Positions 40,029-53,014 of a stretch of 64,000 nucleotides of DNA are shown here, piece by piece. This DNA is from Eledone cirrhosa (taxonomy: Eukaryota), in contig OZ024740.1 in the NCBI GenBank assembly GCA_964016885.1, positions 78,244,001-78,308,000 on the forward strand, in the 5' to 3' direction. Positions within the stretch are counted from its first letter, which is position 1; each line of letters begins with the position of its first letter. The position numbers were made by a program, and so were the translations under genes. The notes beneath the pieces were generated by a model. It did not search any database. It was not told the origin of the DNA and saw nothing but the letters and a program-made list of their open reading frames with translations.

Positions 40029-40380
40029 TAATAAAAATAATGAATAAAAACAAAGAAACAGTTCCTTATATTAAAAAATTCATCATTTTACGATCGTTTC
40101 TAGGATATATATGTGTGTGTTGGTATGTATATCATATAGATCTATGTAAAATTTTTACAAACTATCATAGGGAATATACATACCTACACATTATTTCTGA
40201 AGACAGCATATATATGTGTAGGTATGTATATTCCCTCTGATAGTTTGTAAAAATTTTACATAGATCTATATGATATACATACCAACACAAACATATATAT
40301 CCTAGAAACGATCGTAAAATGATGAATTTTTTAATATAAGGAACTGCTTCTTTGTTTTTATTCATCATTTTTATTAATTT
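40025..40380. repeat. Fold-back element, 167-bp arms, 22-nt loop
   Basis: 40025-40191 vs 40214-40380, about 4 mismatches. Confidence 0.92.
40189..40324 (+). ncRNA. Type-I hammerhead-like fold with ~100-nt stem II
   Basis: Stem I CATTATTT/AAATGATG, core CTGAAGA (40197-40203), long stem II, GAAAC-GATC-GTA with palindromic ACGATCGT. The base of stem II is mismatched. Confidence 0.55.
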
Positions 40381-41195
40381 ATCTTGACTCTGTTTTCCTG
40401 TGTTTTTCATCTAAAATAATTTTTGAATACATCTTCTCTTTTCATGATATTCGGATTACATTGAGTTCTTCATACGGATTGGACACTACCGTACATTTTG
40501 GTAGATTTATCTATATATATATATATATATACATATATGTATATATAGACATATATATATAGGTATATATAGACATATATATATAGGTATATATAGACAT
40601 ATACATGCATATATATATATGCTCACAAACTTCTTTGTAAGAATAAATGCTTTATGGTCTGGTTCTTAAACTTTATTGGTGACAAATAATTAACCAGATT
40701 GTTCAAGATGTTTATGCCTGTACATACATATATATATATATATGTGTGTGTGTGTACATACACATATGTATGTGTGTTTGTGTGTGTGTCAGTGTATTTG
40801 TATCAATTTCAGTTTATATTTGATATATGCACACCTGTACACTGTTGTTCGTTAACTGTCTCACCTGAGATAATTATACATATTGTTTAGTAGGGCATCT
40901 CTCTCTCTCTGAAATTTTTTTCATTAAAATAATTTCTATATTTTGTTCTTATTTTTATCTTTATTCCGTTTCATTGTTTTCATTTTTCTTTATTTCACTG
41001 ACCCTTCATTCTTTATATAAACATATATATATACACACACACATACATATATATATATAAATAATACATACATAAATATATATTATATATATATATATTT
41101 ACACACACATACACACACACACACATATATATATTGTTATATTCAATATTTCCATTTTCTGACTCCTTCATCCTTTCTTTCATGACCATGTTTCT

Positions 41196-41201
41196 AATAA
41201 A
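41196..41201 (+). terminator. Candidate distal poly(A) signal of the ETS gene
   Basis: AATAAA followed by CA and a T-rich tract. Other AATAAA hexamers occur earlier, so the 3' end is uncertain. Confidence 0.3.
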
Positions 41202-41338
41202 ATACACTGTTTTTAATTAAATAATGAAGAGTTTCACGAGATTTACTGAAATCATTGTTTCATTATCAAATTGATATTTGTAACATAACTTCATAAAATA
41301 TACTTATATCAAATATGTTGGAAGATTTTTATTTAGAT

Positions 41339-41443
41339 ATATTTTACTTTAGCAGTACAAATACTAAAATTGGAACAATGCAGAGAAGATTAGCATGGCC
41401 TCTACGCAAGGAGGATACACAAATTCATAAAGTGTTCCATATT
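41339..41443 (+). pseudogene. U6: U6 snRNA pseudogene
   Basis: ATACTAAAATTGGAACAATGCAGAGAAGATTAGCATGGCC..CGCAAGGA..CAAATTC..GTTCCATATT follows U6 end to end. ACAGAGA box mutated to GCAGAGA, CpG-type decay, no oligo-T terminator. Confidence 0.9.
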
Positions 41444-43121
41444 ACAAATTGTGGTGCCCTAGCATGGCTTCAGCCTGTCTGTCGGCTGGAACATGTAATA
41501 GAGAATAGGCTGCCTTTAAAATGGCTGGTTTCATTCCATAAAAACCAGAAGCAGTTTGAGGACGGGTGTATAAACAGATTTTATACATGTTGAATTGTTT
41601 TGCTAAATAAAAATATGTATAAGTATGTTGAGAACTACCATTTTTGTTCATGAGAAACTGATGTTTCATTATGATGAATAAAATAAGTTGCTACATTGCC
41701 ACAATCAGAAGATCATCATCATTGTTTAACGTCTATTTTCCACACTAGCATGGGTTAGATGAGTTGTCCCATTTGAGGCAAGTCAAGCCAGGTGACTGTC
41801 TTGCTCACACAGAACTATTTCTGGCTTGGTTTCTACAGATGGATGCCTTTTCTAACACCAACCACATTTACAGTGTGGGTTAGGTGCCTTTTATCGTGGC
41901 ACCAAAACGACCACTTTGCAGGGGGGGGGGGGTAAAGTGCAGGAGAAGGGTTGGGGTGATTAGGATGTGGGTGGCGTGTGGAAGGGGGAGTGAGGGTGTG
42001 GGTTAAGTGGTGCATACTATATGTATGCTTAAAGAAAATGTGTTGCAGTATTTAGTTACAGCCCTTTACATTCTTACTTCAAATCCTATAACGGTTGACT
42101 TAGCTTTTCATCCTTTCAGGGTCAGTAAAATACCATTCAGGAACTTGCATTCAGTTTTAACCCTTTTGATACCAAATTGCCTGAAATTGCTTTGGATTTA
42201 TGATGCAAAACTGTTCATATTAAAATATTTCTCCTTACATAAAAACTTTCCGTTATAATTTTATTTTGCAAGTTTTTTTGTTTTTTTTAGTAATGTTCTA
42301 AATATCAGCTTACTAATGAAAAACTTTTTGTATATATTTGTATATAAGCCAAGAAATTTGTGACAAAAAATTTGATGATAAAATGGAGGCAGCTTATATT
42401 CGAGGTCATTTACCAATTTTATATTTTACGTAAATGAAGTGCTAAAATATTTTCACTTTGGAGGTGGAACTTCTATTGTTTTTATGTTTTTAAATGAATA
42501 TAGCTTTCAAAATGTCAGAAATTGGTTAAAAAAACCCAAAAAAAAACATTGCATAATGGAACCATGAAACAAAAACTATACTCTAAATCAACCATGTCAA
42601 ACTGAGGGTCCTCCAAGGGTCACGTGTTGTTTGAGGGCCACACATGACAACTAATTGCCCACATTACAACTAATTTTTAATTTTATATTGCGAAGATAAA
42701 GCATGCTAGCGCTGTAAAAACATTTGTGCAAGCCGCAGGTGTGCTTGTAAAGGGTTCCGGGTCACATGTTTGACACTTAAAACATTTTAATTATCAAAAT
42801 ATTAAAACTTCATGAATATATTCTCCACTCAAAACTGTGTCATCTAAACATAATGTCTTTGGATTTTTAACCTATTTCTCAGATATTAAATAAGGGGTTG
42901 CCTTATATTTGAGTATATACAGTAATGGTATTATTAAATTACTCCTAATTTTTAGTTACTTTCAAAATTGATTGAAACACATGTATTTCATTAGAAATAT
43001 GGTAATGAAAGGATTAATCAACTATATACACTACCAAATGTCTGAAAACCCTTGTATCTGTGTTAGATATCAATGACTTTTTCTGACTCTTATCATAATG
43101 GAAATAAGAATATTGATAATA

Positions 43122-43260
43122 ATATTCATGTAAAAATAAGAAAACTCATCTCTAAAACAGCCAAATGCTGTCAAAGACAGCGATGGACAAAAATGCCTGA
43201 GAGGACTGAGACTGCATTTGGCTGTTCTAGAGATGAGTTTTCTCATTTTTATATGTATAT
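43122..43260. repeat. Hairpin element with ~50-bp arms
   Basis: AGAAAACTCATCTCTAAAACAGCCAAATGC vs GCATTTGGCTGTTCTAGAGATGAGTTTTCT. Confidence 0.75.
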
Positions 43261-44735
43261 AAATACACTCTTGCTTTGTCTCGATCAGAAACAACAGTTT
43301 TTCATTTAATAATAATATTGATTTTGATGGCATTTAGAAGGGTATCCAGATATGGAAATCATGCCTAATATGAAATGTCAGATCTAGATGCGGTTCCTGT
43401 CTAGTCACAGACTGTGGCAACACATCCAAACATGCTAGCATCGAAAACAGCTGTAAAATGATGATATTGACATTGTTTTCTAATGTAGGAAGATTGTTAA
43501 GCATTTTGGAAAGGAAGAACATGCAATTGTATTTAGCCATACTATTTTACTAGAATAGAAGAGTGAAATATAGTTGGCTTTGACAAGATTTCAAATCAGA
43601 ATGTAAAGAGCTAGAACAAATACTGCAAGACATTTTAACTGACACTCTAATAATTCTGCCAGTCCACCACCCTGGATATTAACTAATAATGGTTTCTTAT
43701 ATAGGCACAAGGCCTGCAATTTTGAGGGAGGGGAAAGTCGATTAAATCGACCCCAGTGCATTATTGGTACTTTATTATATCGACACCCCCCCATAAAGAT
43801 GAAAGGCAAAACTAACTGTTGCAGAATTTGAATTCAGAATGTAAAGGGCCATAACTCTATACCGCAAAAGCATAATAATAATGTGTTTTAAACATTATGA
43901 TCCAAATATTGAATATGATGACATCCACTTCATTAGCAATTAATTTTCATCCTTAATTTTGTCAGTATTTAATCACACTTAACAGGCATGGCTGTGTTCT
44001 GAAGAAGTTTGTATGGCATCTATGTGGTTTTCAGTTTGATTACACTTTCAGCAAAATTTGGCAAATGGAAACAATGCAGAAGCATGCTGAATATATCATT
44101 ATCATCATTTAATGTCTGCTATCTCTGCTTACAAGGGTAGGATGGGTCTGCATAGAACAAGTCAGTACCGAAACGAGGTTACTGACCTCCCAGACAGGGG
44201 GGGGGGGGGCTGTAGTTTGCTTACGTGCAGTCATGTGCACAGAAGACATGTCTTTTGACACAAGCTGAAGAGTCCTCCCAACCCCTTGTTTAGCAAGCTT
44301 TCTATGGCTGTATGTATGTTTGTATCTATATATTTTCTGCCAATGTATATTAGAAAAAAATATAAATGTAAACATCATTGAAAAATAATAAATAATACTA
44401 AGTAGCTTTTCAGACAAGTCCCTTCTTATGTTTGTTCTGTAATGAGTTACTGACACTTCCTTATTACTCTGATTATCATACATTCAGTGAACCAATGACC
44501 TGTAACCAACCACAGTATAGCTCTTCAATTGTGAAATAAAATATATAGGTTCAGGCATAGCTGTTTGGTTGAGGAGCATCAGATTTACAACCACAGGGTT
44601 GGGTTCAATACCACCATGGGGTACCCTCGGCAAGTGTCTTCTATATAGCATTGAGTTTACCAATGTCTTTTGAGTGAAATTTGTTGACAGAAAGTGCTGC
44701 AGTTGGTCATTTTGAATGCGTGTGAACACACACAC

Positions 44736-44772
<37 letters not shown>

Positions 44773-45219
44773 CTCCGTTTATGTTGGATAGCTTAACTAA
44801 TAGGTAGCTGAGTTTATGATCCAGTTATTCTGATTAGCAGACCATGATGACATAAGCTGGTCAAAGAAATATGTATTGTGTAATTGTGCAACATTAAAGG
44901 AAGATATTGGCCTTCTTATATTTTCATTGAAGTGTATATAGGGCAGAGAGAATTCTTCAGTCTTGCCAAGTACAAGGCAACCTTGAGTTTAATTCTATCT
45001 TACAACTTAGCAATTAAACAAACAAATATCAACAAAATAAGAGCCAGATTTTTTTTTAAATGTAAGTACTTGGCTCAATATGATCAACTAAATCCCTGAA
45101 AGCAAGACTGTGCTCCAGCATGGCCACAGTTTGTTGACTGAATCAAGTAAAATAACAATAGATTGCATATCATCAACATCATTTTTGCAGATGTAAAATT
45201 ACGATGGCGATGGCAAGTA

Positions 45220-45434
45220 CGAAGGGGTGCTGAAAAGTTCCTGGCTTTGGGTAAAAGAAAATACAGGAGTATCAATTAATTATGATTTTATTTAACATAT
45301 TCCCTCTCAGATTCACTTACTTATTGTAATGGTCCTTCAGTTTTCCTAAGCCTTGTAAAAAGAACTCGGAAGGTTGACCTCCAACCAGGCCTTGGTGATA
45401 CTCTTAAAGCCCGAAACTTTTCAGCACATCCTTG
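45220..45434. mobile_element. mariner-type MITE
   Basis: TA|CGAAGGGGTGCTGAAAAGTT ... AACTTTTCAGCACATCCTTG|TA. Confidence 0.75.
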
Positions 45435-45473
45435 TAGAGTTCTGTAGGTATGTAATGACTTCATTTGCTTTAA

Positions 45474-45681
45474 CCCTTTAGTATTTACATTACTCTATAT
45501 TTACTATTGTATTTTCATGGTAAAGGCATTATCTCACATAATATCGAATCTACGAGATTCTGATATTATTTATTTTGAGAACAATACCTTAACATCAGTA
45601 TGAGTGGCCAGTTACAGCTTGTTTGAACAGAAAGAGGTGAGAAAATTATGGCTTGTTATGACCAGTTTAAATGCTAAAGGG
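45474..45681. mobile_element. piggyBac-type (TTAA) MITE
   Basis: TTAA|CCCTTTAGTATTTA ... TAAATGCTAAAGGG|TTAA. Homologs at 16418-16610 and about 24930-25132. Confidence 0.8.
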
Positions 45682-45831
45682 TTAAATATGCATGTATAGT
45701 TGTTAGTAAGTAATTATTTAATTGCGCTAATTATTTCTATTCTCACCAACTCTGTTTTATGTTATATGTATTTATATGAAGCAAAGAGACACACACTTAT
45801 GTGAAATCCTAGAAAGTTCCTGCAATAGGTA

Positions 45832-45999
45832 CTGTATTTCCCGGCACCGAAGAGGCTTCGTCTTCGAGGACGCACCCTAATTTTGCCAAACTAAAACTTT
45901 TAAAAAAAAATAATAAACAATCTTCGGCCTCCAGGACACATAGTAGATCTGAGACTTATTTTAGGAAAAAAGTAGCGTCTTCGATGCCAGGAAATACGG
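45832..45999. mobile_element. pogo/Tigger-type MITE
   Basis: TA|CTGTATTTCCCGGCA ... TGCCAGGAAATACGG|TA. A diverged relative lies at 2629-2800. Confidence 0.8.
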
Positions 46000-46648
46000 T
46001 ATATTGTTTTTATCTTATTCATGACTATATTTCTAAAAGATTCTAAAAGATGCTGAACGTTCAAATACTAAAGAAGTTCACTTGGAAATCATTTTTTTTC
46101 CTTATTTGATCCCATTTCATGGCATCTTGGGCAAGTTTCATTTACAATAGCTACTGGTCAATCCATGCTATGTGATTGGAAACTAGATAGACAGAAACCG
46201 GAAACCTGTCTGATGGACTATATCTATATTTCAAAAGGCTAGCCTTGTCATACACTGTGTCTGAGAATTACATTGAGCATACACGTTTGTTTGATTTTCA
46301 GTCACTTACACGTTAATTTCATGAATAGGCTGTTCCATTAATCAAACAACTAGAATACTCATCATCAAAACCAACGTGGCTCCATTCTATATATAACGTC
46401 TAAAGGAAAAAACACACTTATGTGAAATTCTAGACAGTTGCTAGATACTTCCTCTGCAATAGAAACATCTATTAATTCTATAGGTATGTCGTTTTTATAC
46501 TATTCATGACTATATTACAAATGAACATATTGTCAAATATTTCTAATGAAATAAACTGACAGTTTGATTTTTTTTTTTAATAATCAAGAATTTGAAAATA
46601 TTTTCTAAAATATCTAGATATTTCACCATTAACCTGAGGTTGTGACCT

Positions 46649-49600
46649 ACAGATAGTATTGGCAATGGAAAGACTAATAAAAACATAGTTTCTTTGGTCT
46701 GATCAGCAGATAGTATTGGCAATGGAAAGACTAATAAAAACATAGTTTCCTTGGTCTGATCAGCAGATAGTATCTGCAATGGAAAGACCAATAAAAATAT
46801 AGTTTCCTTGGTCTGATCAGCAGATAGTATCTGCAAGGGAAAGACCAATAAAAGCATAGTTTCTTTGGTCTGATCAGCAGATAGTATCTGCAATGGAAAG
46901 ACCAATAAAAGCATAGTTTCTTTGGTCTGATCAGCAGATAGTATCTGCAATGGAAAGACCAATAAAAACATAGTTTCCTTGGTCTGATCAGCAGATAGTA
47001 TCTGCAATGGAAAGACCAATAAAAAATATAGTTTTTTTGGTCTGATCAGCAGATAGTATCTGCAATGGAAAGACCAATAAAAGCATAGTTTCTTTGGTCT
47101 GATCAGCAGATAGTATCTGCAATGGAAAGACCAATAAAAACATAGTTTCCTTGGTCTGATCAGCAGATAGTATCTGCAATGGAAAGACCAATAAAAGCAT
47201 AGTTTCTTTGGTCTGATCAGCAGATAGTATCTGCAATGGAAAGACCAATAAAAGCATAGTTTCTTTGGTCTGATCAGCAGATAGTATCTGCAATGGAAAG
47301 ACCAATAAAAATATAGTTTCCTTGGTCTGATCAGCAGATAGTATCTGCAATGGAAAGACCAATAAAAGCATAGTTTCTTTGGTCTGATCAGCAGATAGTA
47401 TCTGCAATGGAAAGACCAATAAAAATATAGTTTCTTTGGTCTGATCAGCAGATAGTATCTGCAATGGAAAGACCAATAAAAGCATAGTTTCTTTGGTCTG
47501 ATCAGCAGATAGTATCTGCAATGGAAAGACCAATAAAAGCATAGTTTCTTTGGTCTGATCAGCAGATAGTATCTGCAATGGAAAGACCAATAAAAGCATA
47601 GTTTCTTTGGTCTGATCAGCAGATAGTATCTGCAATGGAAAGACCAATAAAAAATATAGTTTCTTTGGTCTGATCAGCAGATAGTATCTGCAATGGAAAG
47701 ACCAATAAAAAATATAGTTTCTTTGGTCTGATCAGCAGATAGTATCTGCAATGGAAAGACCAATAAAAATATAGTTTCTTTGGTCTGATCAGCAGATAGT
47801 ATCTGCAATGGAAAGACCAATAAAAGCATAGTTTCTTTGGTCTGATCAGCAGATAGTATCTGCAATGGAAAGACCAATAAAAGCATAGTTTCTTTGGTCT
47901 GATCAGCAGATAGTATCTGCAATGGAAAGACCAATAAAAGCATAGTTTCTTTGGTCTGATCAGCAGATAGTATCTGCAATGGAAAGACCAATAAAAGCAT
48001 AGTTTCTTTGGTCTGATCAGCAGATAGTATCTGCAATGGAAAGACCAATAAAAGCATAGTTTCTTTGGTCTGATCAGCAGATAGTATCTGCAATGGAAAG
48101 ACCAATAAAAGCATAGTTTCTTTGGTCTGATCAGCAGATAGTATCTGCAATGGAAAGACCAATAAAAATATAGTTTCTTTGGTCTGATCAGCAGATAGTA
48201 TCTGCAATGGAAAGACCAATAAAAGCATAGTTTCTTTGGTCTGATCAGCAGATAGTATCTGCAATGGAAAGACCAATAAAAGCATAGTTTCTTTGGTCTG
48301 ATCAGCAGATAGTATCTGCAATGGAAAGACCAATAAAAATATAGTTTCTTTGGTCTGATCAGCAGATAGTATCTGCAATGGAAAGACCAATAAAAGCATA
48401 GTTTCTTTGGTCTGATCAGCAGATAGTATCTGCAATGGAAAGACCAATAAAAATATAGTTTCTTTGGTCTGATCAGCAGATAGTATCTGCAATGGAAAGA
48501 CCAATAAAACCATAGTTTCTTTGGTCTGATCAGCAGATAGTATCTGCAATGGAAAGACCAATAAAAATATAGTTTCTTTGGTCTGATCAGCAGATAGTAT
48601 CTGCAATGGAAAGACCAATAAAAGCATAGTTTCTTTGGTCTGATCAGCAGATAGTATCTGCAATGGAAAGACAAATAAAAGCATAGTTTCTTTGGTCTGA
48701 TCAGCAGATAGTATCTGCAATGGAAAGACCAATAAAAAAAATAGTTTCTTTGGTCTGATCAGCAGATAGTATCTGCAATGGAAAGACCAATAAAAGCATA
48801 GTTTCTTTGGTCTGATCAGCAGATAGTATCTGCAATGGAAAGACCAATAAAAATATAGTTTCTTTGGTCTGATCAGCAGATAGTATCTGCAATGGAAAGA
48901 CCAATAAAAGCATAGTTTCTTTGGTCTGATCAGCAGATAGTATCTGCAATGGAAAGACCAATAAAAATATAGTTTCTTTGGTCTGATCAGCAGATAGTAT
49001 CTGCAATGGAAAGACCAATAAAAGCATAGTTTCTTTGGTCTGATCAGCAGATAGTATCTGCAATGGAAAGACCAATAAAAATATAGTTTCTTTGGTCTGA
49101 TCAGCAGATAGTATCTGCAATGGAAAGACCAATAAAAGCATAGTTTCTTTGGTCTGATCAGCAGATAGTATCTGCAATGGAAAGACCAATAAAAGCATAG
49201 TTTCCTTGGTCTGATCAGCAGATAGTATCTGCAATGGAAAGACCAATAAAAGCATAGTTTCTTTGGTCTGATCAGCAGATAGTATCTGCAATGGAAAGAC
49301 CAATAAAAGCATAGTTTCTTTGGTCTGATCAGCAGATAGTATCTGCAATGGAAAGACCAATAAAAATATAGTTTCTTTGGTCTGATCAGCAGATAGTATC
49401 TGCAATGGAAAGACCAATAAAAGCATAGTTTCTTTGGTCTGATCAGCAGATAGTATCTGCAATGGAAAGACCAATAAAAGCATAGTTTCTTTGGTCTGAT
49501 CAGCAGATAGTATCTGCAATGGAAAGACCAATAAAAATATAGTTTCTTTGGTCTGATCAGCAGATAGTATCTGCAATGGAAAGACCAATAAAAGCATAGT

Positions 49601-50864
49601 TTCTTTGGTCTGATCAGCAGATAGTATCTGCAATGGAAAGACCAATAAAAATATAGTTTCTTTGGTCTGATCAGCAGATAGTATCTGCAATGGAAAGACC
49701 AATAAAAGCATAGTTTCTTTGGTCTGATCAGCAGATAGTATCTGCAATGGAAAGACCAATAAAAGCATAGTTTCTTTGGTCTGATCAGCAGATAGTATCT
49801 GCAATGGAAAGACCAATAAAAGCATAGTTTCTTTGGTCTGATCAGCAGATAGTATCTGCAATGGAAAGACCAATAAAAGCATAGTTTCTTTGGTCTGATC
49901 AGCAGATAGTATCTGCAATGGAAAGACCAATAAAAGCATAGTTTCTTTGGTCTGATCAGCAGATAGTATCTGCAATGGAAAGACCAATAAAAGCATAGTT
50001 TCTTTGGTCTGATCAGCAGATAGTATCTGCAATGGAAAGACCAATAAAAATATAGTTTCTTTGGTCTGATCAGCAGATAGTATCTGCAATGGAAAGACCA
50101 ATAAAAGCATAGTTTCTTTGGTCTGATCAGCAGATAGTATCTGCAATGGAAAGACCAATAAAAATATAGTTTCTTTGGTCTGATCAGCAGATAGTATCTG
50201 CAATGGAAAGACCAATAAAAGCATAGTTTCTTTGGTCTGATCAGCAGATAGTATCTGCAATGGAAAGACCAATAAAAGCATAGTTTCTTTGGTCTGATCA
50301 GCAGATAGTATCTGCAATGGAAAGACCAATAAAAGCATAGTTTCTTTGGTCTGATCAGCAGATAGTATCTGCAATGGAAAGACCAATAAAAGCATAGTTT
50401 CTTTGGTCTGATCAGCAGATAGTATCTGCAATGGAAAGACCAATAAAAATATAGTTTCTTTGGTCTGATCAGCAGATAGTATCTGCAATGGAAAGACCAA
50501 TAAAAGCATAGTTTCTTTGGTCTGATCAGCAGATAGTATCTGCAATGGAAAGACCAATAAAAATATAGTTTCTTTGGTCTGATCAGCAGATAGTATCTGC
50601 AATGGAAAGACCAATAAAAGCATAGTTTCTTTGGTCTGATCAGCAGATAGTATCTGCAATAGAAAGACCAATAAAAGCATAGTTTCTTTGGTCTGATCAG
50701 CAGATAGTATCTGCAATGGAAAGACCAATAAAAGCATAGTTTCTTTGGTCTGATCAGCAGATAGTATCTGCAATGGAAAGACCAATAAAAGCATAGTTTC
50801 TTTGGTCTGATCAGCAGATAGTATCTGCAATGGAAAGACCAATAAAAGCATAGTTTCTTTGGTC
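46649..50864. repeat. 57-bp satellite, about 74 copies
   Basis: Unit GGTCTGATCAGCAGATAGTATCTGCAATGGAAAGACCAATAAAAGCATAGTTTCTTT. AAGCAT/AAATAT/AAACAT variants, a few 58-bp units, degenerate edges. Confidence 0.98.
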
Positions 50865-51562
50865 CAATTTAACAATCTGCAAATAGTATCTGAAATGGAA
50901 AGACAAATGGAAACATACTTGGTCCAATCTGATAATTGGCTCTGTCCCTTCTTCTTTTTAATAGAAGGTGTAGGCGCTTTTGTGGCTGTGTTTAGGGTTC
51001 ATTCCCACTGCATGGCACTCATGGGTAAATGTCTTTAGCTATAGCCCCGAGGTGATTACTGCCTTGTAAGTGAAATGTGGTAGATGGGTGACTTTGTGGA
51101 AGCCTGTTGTGTGTGTTTGTCTATGCCTACTTTCATAACACTGTTAATAATAGGTTGTTGCATAAAATTATTATTGAAATGTTTATATGACAAGATTAAC
51201 TTTCGAAAGGAAGAAAAAATTTATATTTAGAGAATGGATATCTAATAGCAACTCTATATCATATTTTTAACAAAGTTCTGGAAATTTTGAACTTGCAGAC
51301 ATGTAAGCTGCAAACCACCGATGTCATTAATATCTAGTAACTATATCAGCTACTCCTACTTTATGGTCTAATAGTTAGGAAAGGTAGCTTAGCTGGTGTC
51401 TTATGTGTAATTATTCTAAATTTGCTGAAATAATAACCAACTAATGCTAATAATGGGGAAGAGAAAAAGAGAGTATTTACTTTAATATCTGCCTTAACCC
51501 TTCTCATGCCAAACCACACATGGTCCTATGATACAAATCTGTTTATTTTAATGTTTATATTT

Positions 51563-52010
51563 GAAGGCGCATGGCTTAGTGGTTAGAGCATTGGGCTTGC
51601 AATCGAAAGGTTGTGAGTTCAATTCACGGACCGGGTGATGTGTTGTTTCCTTGAGCAAGACACTTTATTTCCCATTGCTCCAGTTTACTTAACTGTAGAA
51701 ATGAGATAAAAGGACTGGGGTCCCTATCATTCCACTGCAAAGTGGTCGTGGAGGTGCCACGACAAAAAAGCACCCAGCCCACACTGTAAAGTGGACGTGT
51801 AGGCGCCACGGAAAAAAAGCACCCAGCACTCACCGTAAATAAGGTTGGTGTTAGGAAGGGCATCCAGCTGTAGAAATCAAGCCAGAATCAGTTCCTGTAT
51901 GAGCAAGACAAGGTCGGCCAACTGGACACTGCCCACAACAGGACAACCCATCTAACCCATGCTAGCCTGGAAGAACGGACGTAAAACGGTGATGATGATG
52001 ATGATGGTGA
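51563..52010 (+). mobile_element. SINE family A, longer variant with an internal ~48-bp duplication and a different tail
   Basis: Two tandem AAAGTGG..GCCACG..AAAAAGCACCCAG blocks. Tail CTAACCCATGCTAGC..(GAT)n. Confidence 0.85.
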
Positions 52011-52080
52011 TATTTATCTGAAAAGATTCCCTCATAATTCTATGCAAGAACATATGTTAAGTTCTAAACACTGTCTTAAT

Positions 52081-52590
52081 AATTGTTTCTGTTTTAGGCA
52101 CAAGGCCAGTAATCTGACGGGAAGGGAAAGTCAAATAAATTGACTCTTGTGCGTGACTGGTGGCAGTATCGGTAGAAGGTCGGACGCCATGCTTTCCAGC
52201 ATAATTACGTCCCTTTACGATCTGAGTTCAAATCCCGCCGAGGTTGACTTTGCCTTTCATCCTTACGGGGTCGATAAAATAAAGTACCAGTAATGCACTG
52301 GGTAATTGCTGGCCTTGTGCCTAAAGTAGAAACAATTATTTTATTAACCCCGGTAGATTGGCAGTATCGGTAGAGGGTCGGACACCATGCTTTCCAGCAT
52401 AGTTACGTCCCTTTACAGTCTGAGTTCAAATCCTGCTGAGGTTAACTTTGCCTTTCATCCTTACGGGTTCGATAAAATAAAGTACCAGTAATGCACTAGG
52501 TAATTGCTGGCCTTGTGCCTAAAGTAGAAACAATTATTTTATTAACCCCGTAAGGATGAAAAGCAAAGCTAACCTCGGCGGGATTTGAAA
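52081..52590. mobile_element. Nested SINE-B cluster: two + copies inside one - copy
   Basis: + copies at about 52161-52335 and 52352-52533. Host halves at 52081-52160 and 52534-52590. Confidence 0.75.
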
Positions 52591-53014
52591 TGTCTTAATA
52601 ATGAGAAGAGTAGTTATATTACTAAAACCCTCCATTTGATTGATTATTTTCAAAAATATTATAGGTAGTGCATTTCATTAGAATTATGGTAACGAGAGAT
52701 TCCCAATGTTGTGTTGAATACTAAATTGACCAAATTTCGAGTGAAATACTCTGCCTATGTGCTTCAATTAATTTTGAAAATAATCATTATTTTTGGAGAG
52801 AATTTACTAAAATAACTATTGTATATGTTGTTACTAAGCTAGTGATTGGAAAATAACTTCACAAAAAAGTAAAACTCAGAATTATAATGAAATGTTTTGA
52901 TTTCGACATGAACACTTTAATTCTTTTGATACCAAACTGCCCCTTGTTCTATAGTATAAAACTATTTTATGGTGTTCAAATTTATCAAAAACCTTCTATT
53001 ATAATTTTATATAA

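Noticed and set aside
41339-41443. Functional U6 gene
   Set aside because: Mutated ACAGAGA box, disrupted 5' stem, no T-run terminator.
46699-46731. Hammerhead in the satellite unit (CTGATCA..hairpin..GAAAGAC)
   Set aside because: G8 is C, extra nucleotides separate the hairpin from GAAA, and no proper stem I/III with a UH site can be drawn.
46649-50864. CRISPR-like array
   Set aside because: No unique spacers, no cas genes, eukaryotic context.
46543-50875. Long minus-strand ORFs (up to 724 aa) of 19-aa repeats
   Set aside because: By-product of a 57-bp unit lacking stops. Frameshifted by single-A insertions, near-absent synonymous divergence, no unique domains.
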